Source of the DNA: Monocercomonoides exilis PA203
Taxonomy: Eukaryota; Protista; Preaxostyla
Length of the DNA stretch: 64,000 nt
Direction: 5' to 3'
Assembly: GCA_001643675.2 (NCBI GenBank)
Contig: LSRY02000040.1
Location: forward strand, 186,001 to 250,000
The notes under the pieces were generated by a model. The model worked only from the letters and a program-made list of their open reading frames with translations, ran no database searches and had not been told where the DNA came from. A program made the translations under genes and the position numbers. Shown piece after piece: positions 62,690 to 64,000 of the stretch (position 1 is its first letter; every line of letters begins with the position of its first letter).

Positions 62690-64000
62690 TGTCTTTCTTT
62701 TCAATTCTTTTCGTTTTGTTTTGGTAGTTTCTCCATCCGTCTTTTCTTTTATTCTTTTTGAAATATTCAAAAAGAAAAGCAAGCAATTCTCAATCATTTC
62801 ATCTTCCCAAGTTGATTGCTTCATTTCCTCCAAATAGAAATCAATTGCCCCATTTTTTAACAAACATTCAATTTTAACATTTCTATTTATTGCTGTATTT
62901 CTAAGTATATCGAAGCATCCATTGCAAATATCTTTGTGATTGTCCCTTGATGCTTGTAATACTTGAACAATGCAATTGATAAGTCCAGCAATTTCTTCGT
63001 TCCACAATTTGCACGAGGTAAAGTAAAAATCAATAACAAAGAACCATCTCTCGATAACAAGCACTTCCTTTGCTTCTTTTCCTCTTTCTTCTTTTCTCTT
63101 CCAATCCACACTCTTTGACAGATCTTCCAATGCTTTTGTTGCTTCTCTTCCAAAATGCAGCTCATTCACAATCATATCTTCCAAATTTCTATCTTTGGTA
63201 AATCTTTTTATCAAAAACTGCCAAGCAGACTGATAGGCGAGTCGTGTCAGATTCTGATGTTCCTGGTGATAATAAACAATCTCTTTGATTTCATTCAAAT
63301 GCAGTTCTCTTTTATTTTCCTATGAAAAAAAGGAGGAAAACACAATTCATCAATATCAAAATGGAAAAATGTTCTCAAACCCGATATCCGATTTTGCCCA
63401 AAGCCAGCAACGCCATTTCCACTTCCTTCTGAGCTTCTTCGGTCTCGTCTTTCTTCAATGCAACTTTCAGAAGGCAAGGAACAGCAATTGAAAGTAATTC
63501 ATATGAACACCTGTAGCTTAGCAAAGCATAACATTCACAAAGATCAAGCAGAAACTTTTCATTTTTTTCTTCTTTCTTCTTCTCATTTTCATCAATGATC
63601 ATCTCTCTCATTCTTTCGCTCAATGATGAATAATTAAAAGAATAAAATGAAATATGTTTCAGCTCTTTGCAATATCCAACATGCTTCAACAGCAAGATTG
63701 CATTTTCCATCGAAATATTCCTTTCTTTAATCATTTTATCTATTTTATTTAATTGTCCTATTGTGAAAATTGATTCAAATTCTTCTTCATCCATTTCATC
63801 AATTAATCCATTCATCTCTTCGATTTTCTGTTTTTGCTTATCTTTTCTGCGACGCTTAAGCTCATAAAACAATTCTGCAAATAGAATTCAAAATACAAAA
63901 AATCTTTAATTACCGTTTAATCCAAATAAATTCACAAACTCGAAAACTGCACTGTTTTGGTCATCATCTGTATTCTGTCTTCAGATATATCATTTGTCAA
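62567..64000 (-). CDS. Lineage-specific alpha-helical multigene family member (copy 3; start just beyond the window)
   Basis: ORF pieces 63375-63872 and 62567-63298 are paralogous to copies 1 and 2, with equivalent intron positions. Confidence 0.72.

Noticed and set aside
1-64000. Alternative genetic code explaining the many interrupted ORFs
   Set aside because: Intact genes end in TAA, TAG and TGA and have no internal stops. Broken genes also show frameshifts, so decay or sequencing error is the simpler explanation.

Overview
AT-rich eukaryotic DNA with short GT-AG introns and the standard genetic code. The gene families look like those of an oxymonad such as Monocercomonoides, but that is my inference and unverified. 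The window is organised as nested inverted repeats. Outer arms (about 17.7-22.4 kb and 58.0-62.7 kb, near-identical) each carry a GC-rich P-loop GTPase gene and extend into copies of a helical multigene family. Inner 1,266-bp arms (34,805-36,070 and 41,823-43,088) enclose the most striking object: an intact 3-exon gene of about 1,248 aa. It encodes a Sola2-like DDD transposase with a catalytically complete USP (peptidase C19) deubiquitinase domain inserted between poly-Ser linkers. A candidate structured RNA of about 138 nt (cUUCGg hairpin, G-U-containing stems, possible pseudoknot) follows its stop codon directly. Other mobile elements are two pogo-type DD35D transposons (one intact, one decayed), a MITE, a foldback element, and two clear plus one tentative DIRS-type retrotransposon relics. 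There is also an intact 1,052-aa gene whose N-terminus is homologous to the DIRS gag-like ORF, plus several decayed host genes (IQCH-like, GGA-repeat surface protein-like). Family assignments rest on motifs recognised by eye; no database searches were run.
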